DNA from: an uncultured Methylophaga sp.
GTDB lineage: Bacteria > Pseudomonadota > Gammaproteobacteria > Nitrosococcales > Methylophagaceae
NCBI GenBank assembly: GCA_964430395.1
Contig: CAYSGK010000003.1
Location: 1 to 29,496, forward strand
Length of the DNA stretch: 29,496 bases
Direction: 5' to 3'
The notes under the pieces were generated by a model, which made no database searches, had not been told where the DNA came from, and saw nothing but the letters and a program-made list of their open reading frames with translations. The first letter of the stretch is position 1. Each line of letters begins with the position of its first letter. A program made the position numbers and the translations under genes. Shown piece after piece: positions 1-12,528 of this stretch.

Positions 1-1
1 C

Positions 2-319
2 TTGAAAATCAATGATCACCTCACATTAAGCTGGCAACAGAGAGATGGACAAGGTCTAAAAGAAGAGATTGTCAGCGCAGGACTCACTATTCGTTATCGG
101 CAAGGTGGAGAACAGATTCAGTTAGCAAATCAGTCACATCACAAAAGCCTTAAACACTTATTTCAAGAGTGGGGTATTCCATCGTGGCAGCGTGACCGCA
201 TTCCCTTGCTTTATAAAGGTGACAGACTAGTGGCAATAGTGGGGTATGCTGTTGATAATAAAAGTAGTGTTATTAAAGAAGAACAAGGTTATTTTCCTCG
301 ACTGAGAAGTAATCACTAA
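2..319 (+). CDS. tilS: tRNA(Ile)-lysidine synthetase, C-terminal fragment (gene starts upstream of the window)
   Basis: TilS C-terminal domain motifs IRYRQGGE, KSLKHLFQEWGIPSWQRDRIPLLY; located upstream of pyrG as in many gammaproteobacteria. The listed Met is only the first in-window TTG. Confidence 0.8.
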   Translation: MKINDHLTLSWQQRDGQGLKEEIVSAGLTIRYRQGGEQIQLANQSHHKSLKHLFQEWGIPSWQRDRIPLLYKGDRLVAIVGYAVDNKSSVIKEEQGYFPRLRSNH

Positions 320-331
320 ATTATTTTTTGA

Positions 332-360
332 TTGAGTGAAAACTGTATTTCCGTTAAAAT
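332..360 (+). promoter_or_regulatory. Candidate sigma70 promoter for the pyrG operon
   Basis: TTGAGT (332-337), 17-bp spacer, TAAAAT (355-360), about 60 bp upstream of the pyrG ATG. Motif match only. Confidence 0.35.
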
Positions 361-407
361 GTCTAGCCGACTAGAGTGCAACCATTCCGGATGCACCATA
401 CATTTGA

Positions 408-2047
<1,640 letters not shown>

Positions 2048-2048
<1 letters not shown>

Positions 2049-2893
2049 TGGATCTTTGTGGGAAAGAAGTCGGTGGAAAACAGCCATTATTTTTAATTGC
2101 AGGCACTTGCGTTGTTGAAAGCGAACAAATGACTATGGATGTCGCAGGTAAACTAAAAGAAGTCACTGATCGTTTAGGCATTCATTTCATCTATAAATCT
2201 TCATTTGATAAAGCAAATAGAACATCAGTCAACAGTTACCGTGGCCCGGGTATTGAAAAAGGCTTAGCGATTTTAGAAGCCGTAAAAAAAGAATATGGTG
2301 TTCCCGTTATTACTGATGTACATGAATATTCACCGCTTGAAGAAGTGGCAAGTGTGGTCGATGTATTACAGACACCTGCATTTTTATGTCGTCAAACCAG
2401 TTTTATCGTCAATGTATGTAGCCAAGGTTTACCGGTGAATATCAAAAAAGGTCAGTTCTTAGCACCTTGGGATATGGAGCATGTTGCTGAAAAAGCAAAA
2501 TCAACCGGCAATAATCAAATTATGTTGTGTGATCGTGGCACATCATTTGGTTATAACACCTTAATATCTGATATGCGTGGTTTGCCTCAAATGCGTGCTA
2601 TGGATTGCCCCGTTGTATTTGATGCAACACATTCTGTACAACAACCGGGCGGAATGGGCGGTTCATCAGGTGGTCAACGTGAGTTTGTTCCTGTGTTAGC
2701 ACGTGCAGCTGTAGCTGTTGGTGTGGCAGGTGTCTTTATGGAAACGCATCCAGAACCCGACAAAGCATTAAGTGATGGCGCTAATTCATGGCCGTTACAT
2801 CGCATGGAAGAATTACTTGAAACATTAGTGGCTATTGATAGAACTGTGAAGAGGCAAGATTTTATTGAAGATTCATTAATTCAAAACGGATAA
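2048..2893 (+). CDS. kdsA: 3-deoxy-8-phosphooctulonate (KDO8P) synthase
   Basis: [49 protein letters not shown]; TAATG overlap with the pyrG stop. Confidence 0.98.
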
Positions 2894-2898
2894 TTAAC

Positions 2899-3624
2899 AT
2901 GAATAAACAAAACCAAGGCGGACTTTTTTTCTTAGGCCTATTTGTTGCGGCTGGTTTGGCAATAGCAGGTTATTTTGTTGGCCAAACACTCTATAACGCT
3001 AAAGTTGCGATTAATACCGCCGAGGCAAAAGGCTTAGCAGAGCGACGCGTAATGGCAGATCACGTTGATTGGATGCTGACGTTTTCTTTATCAGGTACTA
3101 GTCGAGAACAGTTACCGAAGCTTTATAAACAAGCGGAACAACAACAAAAAATTATTGTTGAATTATTAAAAGAAAATGGCTTTGATGATTCAGAAGTTGA
3201 TGTCGGTGTTTTGGACTATAATGTCTATCAATATCGTGATGATCAACAACGTGTAGTGGATGAAGAGCATACGCTTAACGGTGTGATTAGTGTAAGCACA
3301 AACCAAGTGGATAAAATCAAACAAGCCCGTACAAATATGAGTACATTGCTTGCACAAGGTATCAATATTGAAAATAATCAACCAAGCTATCGATTCACTA
3401 AATTAAATGAGATTAAGCCAGATATGCTGCGAGAAGCGACTAAAAATGCGCGTCTAGCTGCCAATGAGTTTGCTAGCAATGCAGGTGTAAAAGTCGGCGG
3501 TATACGCAGTGCACGCCAAGGTAGCTTTTATGTGCGTGATGCGGGTGAAGAATATGGTGATACCAATAAAATTGAAAAAGATGTACGGGTGGTAACAACA
3601 ATTACGTTTTACCTAACCGAATAA
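2899..3624 (+). CDS. SIMPL (DUF541) domain protein with N-terminal membrane anchor
   Basis: Hydrophobic N-terminus, KGLAERRVMAD, KPDMLREATKNARLAANEFA, KVGGIRSARQG, KDVRVVTTITFYL. Confidence 0.85.
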   Translation: MNKQNQGGLFFLGLFVAAGLAIAGYFVGQTLYNAKVAINTAEAKGLAERRVMADHVDWMLTFSLSGTSREQLPKLYKQAEQQQKIIVELLKENGFDDSEVDVGVLDYNVYQYRDDQQRVVDEEHTLNGVISVSTNQVDKIKQARTNMSTLLAQGINIENNQPSYRFTKLNEIKPDMLREATKNARLAANEFASNAGVKVGGIRSARQGSFYVRDAGEEYGDTNKIEKDVRVVTTITFYLTE

Positions 3625-3634
3625 AAATTAGCTA

Positions 3635-3775
3635 TATACCCGTGATACTTGAAGATGCAGAACTTACAACCGCGTCATTCCCGCATGCTGTTAGCGGGAA
3701 TCTAAAGTATTAAGTAGATCCCAGCTAAAAGCATACTGGGATGACGGGTGAATAAAAACATGCAGTTTCAATGAA
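3635..3775. mobile_element. Miniature element, copy 1: ERIC-like terminus plus inverted pair of CGTC-type REP hairpins
   Basis: Left end TATACCCGTGATACTTGAAGATGCAG. Hairpins CGTCATTCCCGC-atgctgtta-GCGGGAATC (3673-3702) and its inverted partner GATCCCAG-ctaaaagcata-CTGGGATGACG (3717-3746). Degenerate right end TGCAGTTTCAATG. Homologous to the copies at 12699, 21463 and 24489. Confidence 0.8.
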
Positions 3776-3780
3776 CATAA

Positions 3781-5142
<1,362 letters not shown>

Positions 5143-5151
5143 GCTGATATT

Positions 5152-5439
5152 ATGAAAGCGACAATGATTTTACTTACGGTATTATTGCTATTGCTACAAT
5201 ACCGACTATGGTTTAGTCATGATGGTTTGCCAGCTGTTTTGCACTTGAAACAAGATGTTGAGATTCAGCGTCAAGACAATGAAAAACTAAAAGAACGTAA
5301 TCAAGTATTAACAGCTGAAGTCAAAGATTTAAAAAGTGGCCTTGATGCGGTTGAAGAGCGCGCACGAAGTGAGCTGGGCATGATAAAAGAAGGTGAAACA
5401 TTCTTTCAAATTATAGAAGAAGAAACAGCAGATGAGTAA
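5152..5439 (+). CDS. ftsB: Cell division protein FtsB
   Basis: LQYRLWF, coiled coil, AVEERARSELGMIKEGETFFQI; eno-ftsB-ispD synteny. Confidence 0.95.
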   Translation: MKATMILLTVLLLLLQYRLWFSHDGLPAVLHLKQDVEIQRQDNEKLKERNQVLTAEVKDLKSGLDAVEERARSELGMIKEGETFFQIIEEETADE

Positions 5440-6139
5440 TCCAGCCGTATGGGCGATTGTACCTGCCGCTGGTATAGGTTCTCGCATGCAAGCTGATCGC
5501 CCCAAGCAATATCTTGAGCTTGAGGGGCACACCGTTGTTGAACATACTTTGCAACGCTTAGCTTCACATAGTCGTGTAAAAGGGATCATTGTTGCACTTG
5601 CAGAAAATGATCCTTGGTGGCCTCAAGTATCAGTGAAGAGTGACACTGCTATTCATGTTGTTGTTGGCGGAGCACAACGTGCAGACTCTGTTTATAACGC
5701 ATTAGAAGCGTTGGCAAAAATCTCCAATGATGATCCATGGGTATTAGTGCATGATGCTGCGCGACCATGCTTACGACATCAGGATATTGACCATATGCTA
5801 GAGCAACTTTCCAATCATCCTGTCGGTGGTATTTTAGGGATCCCAGTAACAGATACGGTTAAGCGCGCTAATATCGAGCAAGAGATTACAGAAACAGTGC
5901 AACGACAGGGCTTATGGCGGGCATCGACGCCGCAAATGTTTAGACTCAAAACACTTAGAGATGCTTTACAGTTGGCCAAACAACAAAAATTAACAGTGAC
6001 AGATGAAGCCAGTGCAATTGAATTGACCGGATTAAAAGCAATGATGGTGGAAGGGCATTCAGATAATATTAAAATTACCGTGCCACAAGATTTAGCATTG
6101 GCTAAATTATTTTTACAGCAACAGCGAGAACAAATATGA
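5432..6139 (+). CDS. ispD: 2-C-methyl-D-erythritol 4-phosphate cytidylyltransferase
   Basis: [11 protein letters not shown]...[29 protein letters not shown]. Confidence 0.97.
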   Translation: MSNPAVWAIVPAAGIGSRMQADRPKQYLELEGHTVVEHTLQRLASHSRVKGIIVALAENDPWWPQVSVKSDTAIHVVVGGAQRADSVYNALEALAKISNDDPWVLVHDAARPCLRHQDIDHMLEQLSNHPVGGILGIPVTDTVKRANIEQEITETVQRQGLWRASTPQMFRLKTLRDALQLAKQQKLTVTDEASAIELTGLKAMMVEGHSDNIKITVPQDLALAKLFLQQQREQI

Positions 6140-6609
6140 GAATTGGTCACGGCTATGATGTGCATAAGTTTACCGAAGGAGATTCGATTACACTGGGTGG
6201 TGTCGTCATTCCTTATACATTTGGTTTAGAAGCGCATTCGGATGGTGATGTCTTAATTCACGCTATTTGTGATGCATTATTAGGCGCTGCAGGTTTATGG
6301 GATATTGGTCATCATTTTCCTGATACGGATGCTGAATTTGAAAATATTGATAGCCGTTTTTTATTGCGAAAAGTAATGCAGGATCTTAATAGACTAGGCT
6401 GGAAGGTCAACAATGTGGATAGCACCATCATTGCTCAACAACCAAGACTGACGCCTTTTATGCCGAGTATGCGTAGTATTTTAGCTCAAGACTTAGCAAT
6501 TGAAGTGGATGCTGTGAATGTAAAAGCGACCACGACCGAAAAACTAGGCTTTGCTGGGCGAAAAGAAGGCATAGCCGCACATGCGGTTGTTTTATTGGTA
6601 AAAGTATAA
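6136..6609 (+). CDS. ispF: 2-C-methyl-D-erythritol 2,4-cyclodiphosphate synthase
   Basis: [49 protein letters not shown]; ATGA overlap with ispD. Confidence 0.98.
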   Translation: MRIGHGYDVHKFTEGDSITLGGVVIPYTFGLEAHSDGDVLIHAICDALLGAAGLWDIGHHFPDTDAEFENIDSRFLLRKVMQDLNRLGWKVNNVDSTIIAQQPRLTPFMPSMRSILAQDLAIEVDAVNVKATTTEKLGFAGRKEGIAAHAVVLLVKV

Positions 6610-6612
6610 GTC

Positions 6613-7668
6613 TTGTCGCGGTTTGAGTTTTCATCATTAGCACGCGTTAATGAATCAGCAACGCAATGCTTTGCGGAAATTCGCAAGAAACCAGACTATT
6701 TTCAAGTTGAAGAAGTTTTACCATTTGAACCTGATGGTTCTGGCGGACATGTTTGGCTAAAGATCCAGAAACGGGGCATTAATACAGACTGGCTGGCAAA
6801 TGAACTCGCTAAATTTGCAGGTGTTAAATCTATCGCCATAGGTTATGCAGGGTTAAAAGACCGCCATGCTATAACTAGCCAATGGTTCAGTATTAATTTA
6901 GAAGGTTTTGATGAGCCGAATTGGGCTGAATTTGAAACGGATGATATTCAGATCATTGAACAAACACGTCACGGCAAAAAATTGAAGCGCGGTGTGTTAG
7001 CAGGGAACAAGTTCAAACTACGAATGACGAATGTTCAAGGTGAAAAAGACGACTGGGAAATCAATCTTAAACAAGTACAAAAGTTAGGCGTACCCAATTA
7101 TTTTGGAGAACAGCGTTTTGGTCATCAAATGGGCAATTTAGAACGGGTGGATTATTGGTTTTCTACCGGTAAAGCGCCTCGAAAACGCACTCAAAAAAGT
7201 TTATACCTCTCAGCAGCTCGCTCGTGGTTATTCAATCTTGTATTGGCTGAGCGAATTAAACAAGAAAATTGGAATCAAGCCTTAATGGGTGACATGATGT
7301 TATTGGCAGGCACTAAAGCCAGCTTATTTGGCGTAGATAAACTTGATGATGTACTGGCAACACGATTGACAACAATGGATATTCATCCAACAGGTCCAAT
7401 GTTGGGACGAGGAAACCTACAAGTTAAAGACGACAGTTTACTACTCGAAAAGCAGATGTTATCAGACTGGGACACGTGGAAAACAGGTCTTGAAAAAGCG
7501 GGTTTAAGCCAAGAAAGGCGCGCATTACGCGTATTTCCAAGTGACTTTAGTTGGACTTTCTTAGATAATGCTCAATTAGAAATAAGGTTTTTCTTACCTG
7601 CGGGGTGTTATGCGACAGCCGTGCTGAGAGAATTAGCTATGTGTACTAATGTTCAACAGCGGAACTAA
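6613..7668 (+). CDS. truD: tRNA pseudouridine(13) synthase (TTG start)
   Basis: FQVEEVL, YAGLKDRHAITSQWFS (catalytic Asp), GVPNYFGEQRFG, LSAARSWLFN, FFLPAGCYATAVLRE. Confidence 0.95.
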   Translation: MSRFEFSSLARVNESATQCFAEIRKKPDYFQVEEVLPFEPDGSGGHVWLKIQKRGINTDWLANELAKFAGVKSIAIGYAGLKDRHAITSQWFSINLEGFDEPNWAEFETDDIQIIEQTRHGKKLKRGVLAGNKFKLRMTNVQGEKDDWEINLKQVQKLGVPNYFGEQRFGHQMGNLERVDYWFSTGKAPRKRTQKSLYLSAARSWLFNLVLAERIKQENWNQALMGDMMLLAGTKASLFGVDKLDDVLATRLTTMDIHPTGPMLGRGNLQVKDDSLLLEKQMLSDWDTWKTGLEKAGLSQERRALRVFPSDFSWTFLDNAQLEIRFFLPAGCYATAVLRELAMCTNVQQRN

Positions 7669-7679
7669 AGGTTTATCTA

Positions 7680-7737
7680 TATACTCCTATATATTGAAGA
7701 CTTAGTTGAGAAATTCTAAGCAACTCCGTCATCCCGA
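7680..7737. mobile_element. Truncated copy of the ERIC-ended REP element
   Basis: TATACTCCTATATATTGAAGACTTAG (7680-7705) matches the copy-3 left end at 19/26; followed by a REP foot CGTCATCCCG (7727-7736) that stops without its hairpin partner. Confidence 0.5.
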
Positions 7738-7790
7738 AAAGTAAAATAAAGGCTTTTATTCATAATTCAGCTTAAATTAAGGCAAAAATC

Positions 7791-8579
7791 ATGAAAAATA
7801 CGGTTCAAAGACTTGCATGTCTATTACTTCTTTTGCCAGTAATGGCTTGTTCTCAGTCTTGGCAAGCGGGAAGCGGTGATAAACAAATTGCTGTGTTAGA
7901 ATTATTTTCTGCTGAAGGGTGTGGCAACTGCCCTAGAGCTTATCGATGGATTGAAGATTTGCCAAATCAAGGCATAAGCGATGATGATGTGATTATTTTA
8001 AGTTTTCATATTGATTACTTAAATGATTCTAAAGGTTGGGTTGATCGTTTTTCCAGCCCTGTTTTCTCTGCTAGGCAGAGCCAGCTAGCACAAATAAATC
8101 TATATAAAACAATGTATACACCTGAGTTTTCAATCAGTGGTGAAATTATCCATGCTTGGGAGAAGCATGTAAAAGATGTTATCCAGGCGGTTAATAAATT
8201 TAAACCAGAAGCAGGGATAGAATTAATTGTTTCGCAAGAAAATAATGAATTGATTATTGATAATCACATTGGTGTAAAAGGCATGGAAAACCGCTTGTAT
8301 TCACAACTCTATCTGGCAATTACGGAAGATAATATCACCAGTAAAGTAACTGGGGGTGATAATGCGGGAGCAACATTTCATCATCAGCATTTAGTCAGAA
8401 AATGGTTAGGGCCTTTTGCATTAGATGAGAGTGGAGAAAGCGATGTGTCGACATTGGTAAAGATAGAAGATGATTGGAATTTAGAAAATACGCATATTGT
8501 TGCAATTGTTCAGAATCTGAATGATGGTTTTGTATTACAAGCATTGCAACTGCCTTTAGCAACAAAAAAAGAACAATAA
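7791..8579 (+). CDS. DUF1223-like exported thioredoxin-fold protein
   Basis: Signal peptide-like N-terminus; VLELFSAEGCGNCPRA (family pattern VELFTSQGCSSCPPA), SFHIDY, GW.DRFS, MYTPEF, GDNAGATFHH. Confidence 0.75.
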   Translation: MKNTVQRLACLLLLLPVMACSQSWQAGSGDKQIAVLELFSAEGCGNCPRAYRWIEDLPNQGISDDDVIILSFHIDYLNDSKGWVDRFSSPVFSARQSQLAQINLYKTMYTPEFSISGEIIHAWEKHVKDVIQAVNKFKPEAGIELIVSQENNELIIDNHIGVKGMENRLYSQLYLAITEDNITSKVTGGDNAGATFHHQHLVRKWLGPFALDESGESDVSTLVKIEDDWNLENTHIVAIVQNLNDGFVLQALQLPLATKKEQ

Positions 8580-9971
8580 ATGGATTATTTACCACTTTTT
8601 GTCGATTTAAAAAATCGGCATTGCCTCATTGTGGGTGGAGGAGACATTGCAGCCCGAAAAGCCGGCTTGTTATGCAAAGTACAAGCTGATGTAACCATTG
8701 TAGCTCCCAGCATTTCAGCCAGCACACAAGCCTTGATTGATGCCAAGGATGTAACATGGATAAACGCTGTGTTCTCAGAAAAATTATTGGAAGAATGCAG
8801 TTTAGTGATCGCAGCTACGGATAATGAGCAAGTAAATCGTGATGTCTACCAGCACGCGAAACAACATAAAATTTGGGTGAATGTAGCCGATTGCCCTGAA
8901 TTATGTGATTTTATTTTGCCGTCGATTCTTGACCGATCGCCGATTGTTGTTGCCGTATCCAGTGGCGGAAAATCACCAATTTTAGCAAGACAATTACGGG
9001 CGCGATTAGAAACCTTAATACCCCCTGCTTATGGCAAACTGGCAGAGTTAGTAGGCCGTTATCGTAGTGTCGTTCAGAAGAAACTACCAAAATTATCGAT
9101 GCGCCGTCGTTTTTGGGAATCGGTTTTACAAGGTAAGGTTGCAGATCATGTTTTAGCTGGCAGAGATCAGCAAGGTGAAGATTCATTACAAGCACTTCTT
9201 GAGCAGACACAAACAGCCGATCTGCAAAAAGGTGAAGTCTACTTAGTAGGCGCAGGCCCCGGAGATCCTGAACTATTAACATTTAAAGCGTTACGCTTGA
9301 TGCAACAAGCCGACATTGTGTTTTATGATCGCTTAGTGAGTAAAGAGGTATTAGCATTAGTTCGCCGAGAAGCAGAGCAGGTTTATGTGGGAAAACAGCG
9401 GGCATGGCATGCCGTCCGCCAAGAGGAAATTAATCAGCTTTTATTAACACATGCACAACAGGGCAAACGTGTTTTACGTCTTAAAGGTGGCGATCCTTTT
9501 ATTTTTGGTCGTGGTGGTGAAGAAATTGAAACGCTAGCAGCTGAAAATATTCCTTTTCAAGTTGTACCGGGAATAACAGCCGCATCAGGTTGTGCCAGTT
9601 ATGCAGGTATTCCCCTGACACACCGAGATTATTCACAAAGTTGCACTTTTGTAACCGGCCAATTAAAAGACGGTGCGTTAGATTTAAATTGGCAAGCATT
9701 AGTGCAAGCAAGACAAACTGTTGTCGTATACATGGGGTTGGCAGGCTTGCCTGTTCTAACTAAAAAATTGCAAGAACACGGTTTATCTTCAACTATGCCC
9801 GTCGCATTAGTGCAACAAGGCACTACCGCGCAGCAAAAAGTTTGGATCAGCACGATTGCTGAAATAGCTGATCTGGCGGCGAGAGAACAACCCATTGCCC
9901 CAACCTTGGTGATTATTGGCGAGGTTGTTAACTTACATAACTCTTTGTCATGGTTTGAAATTAGAGAATAA
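8580..9971 (+). CDS. cysG: Siroheme synthase (precorrin-2 dehydrogenase/ferrochelatase plus uroporphyrinogen-III methyltransferase)
   Basis: MDYLPLF, IVGGGDIAARK, SSGGKSPILAR, VYLVGAGPGDPELLT, RLKGGDPFIFGRGGEE, GIPLTHRD. Confidence 0.97.
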   Translation: MDYLPLFVDLKNRHCLIVGGGDIAARKAGLLCKVQADVTIVAPSISASTQALIDAKDVTWINAVFSEKLLEECSLVIAATDNEQVNRDVYQHAKQHKIWVNVADCPELCDFILPSILDRSPIVVAVSSGGKSPILARQLRARLETLIPPAYGKLAELVGRYRSVVQKKLPKLSMRRRFWESVLQGKVADHVLAGRDQQGEDSLQALLEQTQTADLQKGEVYLVGAGPGDPELLTFKALRLMQQADIVFYDRLVSKEVLALVRREAEQVYVGKQRAWHAVRQEEINQLLLTHAQQGKRVLRLKGGDPFIFGRGGEEIETLAAENIPFQVVPGITAASGCASYAGIPLTHRDYSQSCTFVTGQLKDGALDLNWQALVQARQTVVVYMGLAGLPVLTKKLQEHGLSSTMPVALVQQGTTAQQKVWISTIAEIADLAAREQPIAPTLVIIGEVVNLHNSLSWFEIRE

Positions 9972-9999
9972 TAATCAAATTAGGAATACCCCGTGTGGT

Positions 10000-10112
10000 G
10001 TGACAAAGCAAGTGCTTGAGTCACGACTTGTAACAAAAAGGAATTTTTCCTAATTGCAGTTAGCAGTGGTTTTGCTAATATCGCTCTCGATATTTTATTT
10101 AATTGAGAGCGA
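10000..10112 (+). promoter_or_regulatory. Structured leader / operator cluster upstream of the TonB-dependent receptor
   Basis: Three inverted repeats: GTGAC-A-AAGCA-AG-TGCTT-GA-GTCAC (10000-10024), TTAGCA-N7-TGCTAA (10060-10078), TCGCTCTCGAT-N10-ATTGAGAGCGA (10081-10112). Function not established. Confidence 0.4.
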
Positions 10113-10126
10113 GAGAGTTGCAGAAT

Positions 10127-12418
10127 ATGAATTTACCCCATAAACGATCAGTTTTATCACTGGTGCTACTAAGTGCGATGACAGCAACAGCTGTTATGGC
10201 AGAAGATAGTATTGAATTAACAGATATAGAAGTTATCGGCACAACGCCATTACATGGTGTCGGTTTGCCGGCTGACCAAATTGCCAGCAATGTTCAAACG
10301 GCCACATCAGAAGATATCGATAAGGCTCAAGGGCTTGATTTGACTGATTTTATGACGCGTACTTTGGGTAGTGTTAATATTAATTCAGCTCAAAATAACC
10401 CTTATCAACCTGACGTGCAATACCGTGGTTTTAGTGCATCACCATTGCTTGGTTTATCACAAGGTTTAGCCGTTTATATGGATGGTGTTCGGTTGAATAC
10501 GCCATTTGGTGATAATGTGCATTGGGATACCATTCCACAATCAGCGATTGCTAGTATTAATTTAATGCCGGGCTCTAATCCTTTATTCGGATTGAACACA
10601 CTGGGCGGTGCATTATCAATTGAAAGTAAAAATGGTTTTACCAATCCAGGGCATTCAATTCAAGGCTATTGGGGATCGTTTAACCGCCGTGCGGTTGAAA
10701 TTGAAAGTGGTGCCAATGATGGTAAATTGGGTTATTTTGTAACAGGTAACTGGTTTAAAGAAGACGGCTACCGTGATGCATCGCCCTCAGAAGTGAAACA
10801 ATTATTTGCCAATACTAGCTGGCGTAGTGATACCTCAACATTGGATTTAAGCTTAACGGCTACTGATAATGAGTTGATAGGTAATGGCCCGGCACCAGTT
10901 GAATTGATCGATATTAACCGAAGGGCAGCATTTACTATTCCTGATATCACTAAAAATAGAATGCAATTACTTAACTTAACAGGCAGTCATTGGATTAATG
11001 ATAATCTGCAAGTGGCAGGTAATGCCTATTATCGACATAATAAAACGGATAGTTTTAATGGCGATGGTGCAGGTTTTGCAGATGATGGTACATTCTTTAC
11101 CGAAGATGATGGTGTTACGCGTATAAAAGACCAAAATGGTAACGATATTCTAATCTCAGATGCGATTAATAATCGTGGAGCTATTAAGGAAAATAGCGGA
11201 GGTTTACAAGGTCAATTAACCTTCTTAAATGATATTGCCGGTTATGAAAACCAACTGATTACTGGTGCCAGTTATGATAGGGGTAAAAGTGATTATAATG
11301 CGACTGTTGAGGTGGTTGATTTAAATACTGACCGATCAACAACCAAAACAGGCATTTTTGTTCCAAGCGAAGAAGTCGATGTAACCTCTAAGAATCGTAC
11401 ATATAGTCTATTCTTTACCGATACTGTGTCATTGACTGAACAGTTAGCACTGACATTGAGTGGTCGTTATAATAATACTGAAATTAAAGTAAAAGACAAT
11501 CTTGATGCGGCTTCAACGATTAATGCAACACATAAGTTTAATCGCTTTAATCCAGCAGCAGGTCTGACTTTTGCCTTTAATGATATGGCATCGACTTACT
11601 TGAGTTATAGTGAATCATCTCGTGCGCCTACACCTTCTGAATTAGGTTGTTCAGATCCAAATGCACCGTGTACTTTACCCAATGCTTTTTTGTCTGATCC
11701 ACCATTAAATCAGGTTGTAGCAAAAAGTTGGGAAGGTGGCTTAAGAGGTCATTGGGGGCAATCTGTTTCTTGGAATGCAGGCCTGTTCACTACTACCAAT
11801 CATGATGATATCTTATTTATCAGTACTGGTGGAACAACAGGAAACCTAGGTTATTTTGACAATATCGGTAAAACACGCCGCCAGGGTATTGAGTTAGGTG
11901 TATCAGGCGAGCAAGGCGCATTATCATGGGCTGTAAATTATTCCTATGTTGATGCGGAATTCCGTTCACCACTTAAAATAAGTAGTCCTGCCCATCCTAA
12001 TGCCGATGGCAATGGTGATATTTTTGTGAAATCGGGTGATAAAATTCCTAGCATTCCAGCACATAATCTTAAATTAGTAGCAGATTATGCTATTACACCT
12101 AAATTCTCATTTGGCGGTGATGCATTGTTAAATGCAGATCAATATTACCGAGGCGATGAGTCAAACCAACTAGGCAAAATAGCCGGTTACACGGTGGTTA
12201 ATTTACATGCTCACTATAATGTAACTCCTCATGTTAGATTCTTTGCGAAACTTGATAATCTGTTTGATCGAGAATATTCAAACTTTGGATTATTAGGGGA
12301 TCCAAGCGAGATATTTGATGGTAGCGGTCCAGGCCGTGGGCCAGCTATGTCTAACCCACGTTTTGAAGGCGTAGGTGCACCACGTGCCGGTTGGATTGGA
12401 ATTAAAGTTTCGATGTAA
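10127..12418 (+). CDS. TonB-dependent outer membrane receptor (probable ATG start 10127)
   Basis: Signal peptide MNLPHKRSVLSLVLLSAMTATAVMA, TonB-box-like TDIEVIG, plug motifs YRGFSASP / VYMDGVRLN / GSNPLFGLNTLGGALSI, barrel end FAKLDNLFDREY...GWIGIKVSM. Confidence 0.95.
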   Translation: MNLPHKRSVLSLVLLSAMTATAVMAEDSIELTDIEVIGTTPLHGVGLPADQIASNVQTATSEDIDKAQGLDLTDFMTRTLGSVNINSAQNNPYQPDVQYRGFSASPLLGLSQGLAVYMDGVRLNTPFGDNVHWDTIPQSAIASINLMPGSNPLFGLNTLGGALSIESKNGFTNPGHSIQGYWGSFNRRAVEIESGANDGKLGYFVTGNWFKEDGYRDASPSEVKQLFANTSWRSDTSTLDLSLTATDNELIGNGPAPVELIDINRRAAFTIPDITKNRMQLLNLTGSHWINDNLQVAGNAYYRHNKTDSFNGDGAGFADDGTFFTEDDGVTRIKDQNGNDILISDAINNRGAIKENSGGLQGQLTFLNDIAGYENQLITGASYDRGKSDYNATVEVVDLNTDRSTTKTGIFVPSEEVDVTSKNRTYSLFFTDTVSLTEQLALTLSGRYNNTEIKVKDNLDAASTINATHKFNRFNPAAGLTFAFNDMASTYLSYSESSRAPTPSELGCSDPNAPCTLPNAFLSDPPLNQVVAKSWEGGLRGHWGQSVSWNAGLFTTTNHDDILFISTGGTTGNLGYFDNIGKTRRQGIELGVSGEQGALSWAVNYSYVDAEFRSPLKISSPAHPNADGNGDIFVKSGDKIPSIPAHNLKLVADYAITPKFSFGGDALLNADQYYRGDESNQLGKIAGYTVVNLHAHYNVTPHVRFFAKLDNLFDREYSNFGLLGDPSEIFDGSGPGRGPAMSNPRFEGVGAPRAGWIGIKVSM

Positions 12419-12493
12419 TTAGCTGTCCATCATTACTTTACAGAATTCTGCAAAGTGAAGGTGGAGTATAAAAGGTTTCTCCTCAGCCTTGTT

Positions 12494-12528
12494 AACCGCG
12501 GTATTGTGTAGCAATATCGCGGTTTTTT
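12494..12528 (+). terminator. Rho-independent terminator after the receptor
   Basis: AACCGCGGTATTG-tgtag-CAATATCGCGGTT stem followed by a T tract. Confidence 0.85.

Noticed and set aside
9985-9996. AATACCCCGTG resembling the element terminus
   Set aside because: Similarity ends after about 10 nt and no REP or right end follows.
10000-10126. Cobalamin riboswitch or Fur box upstream of the TonB receptor (cysG is adjacent)
   Set aside because: No GGGAA/GCCACTG B12-box elements and no GATAATGATAATCATTATC-like site visible; leader too short.
12410-12418. Receptor ends in Met rather than Phe
   Set aside because: The alternating terminal beta-strand (GWIGIKVSM) is intact and non-Phe hydrophobic ends occur, so this is not evidence of truncation.
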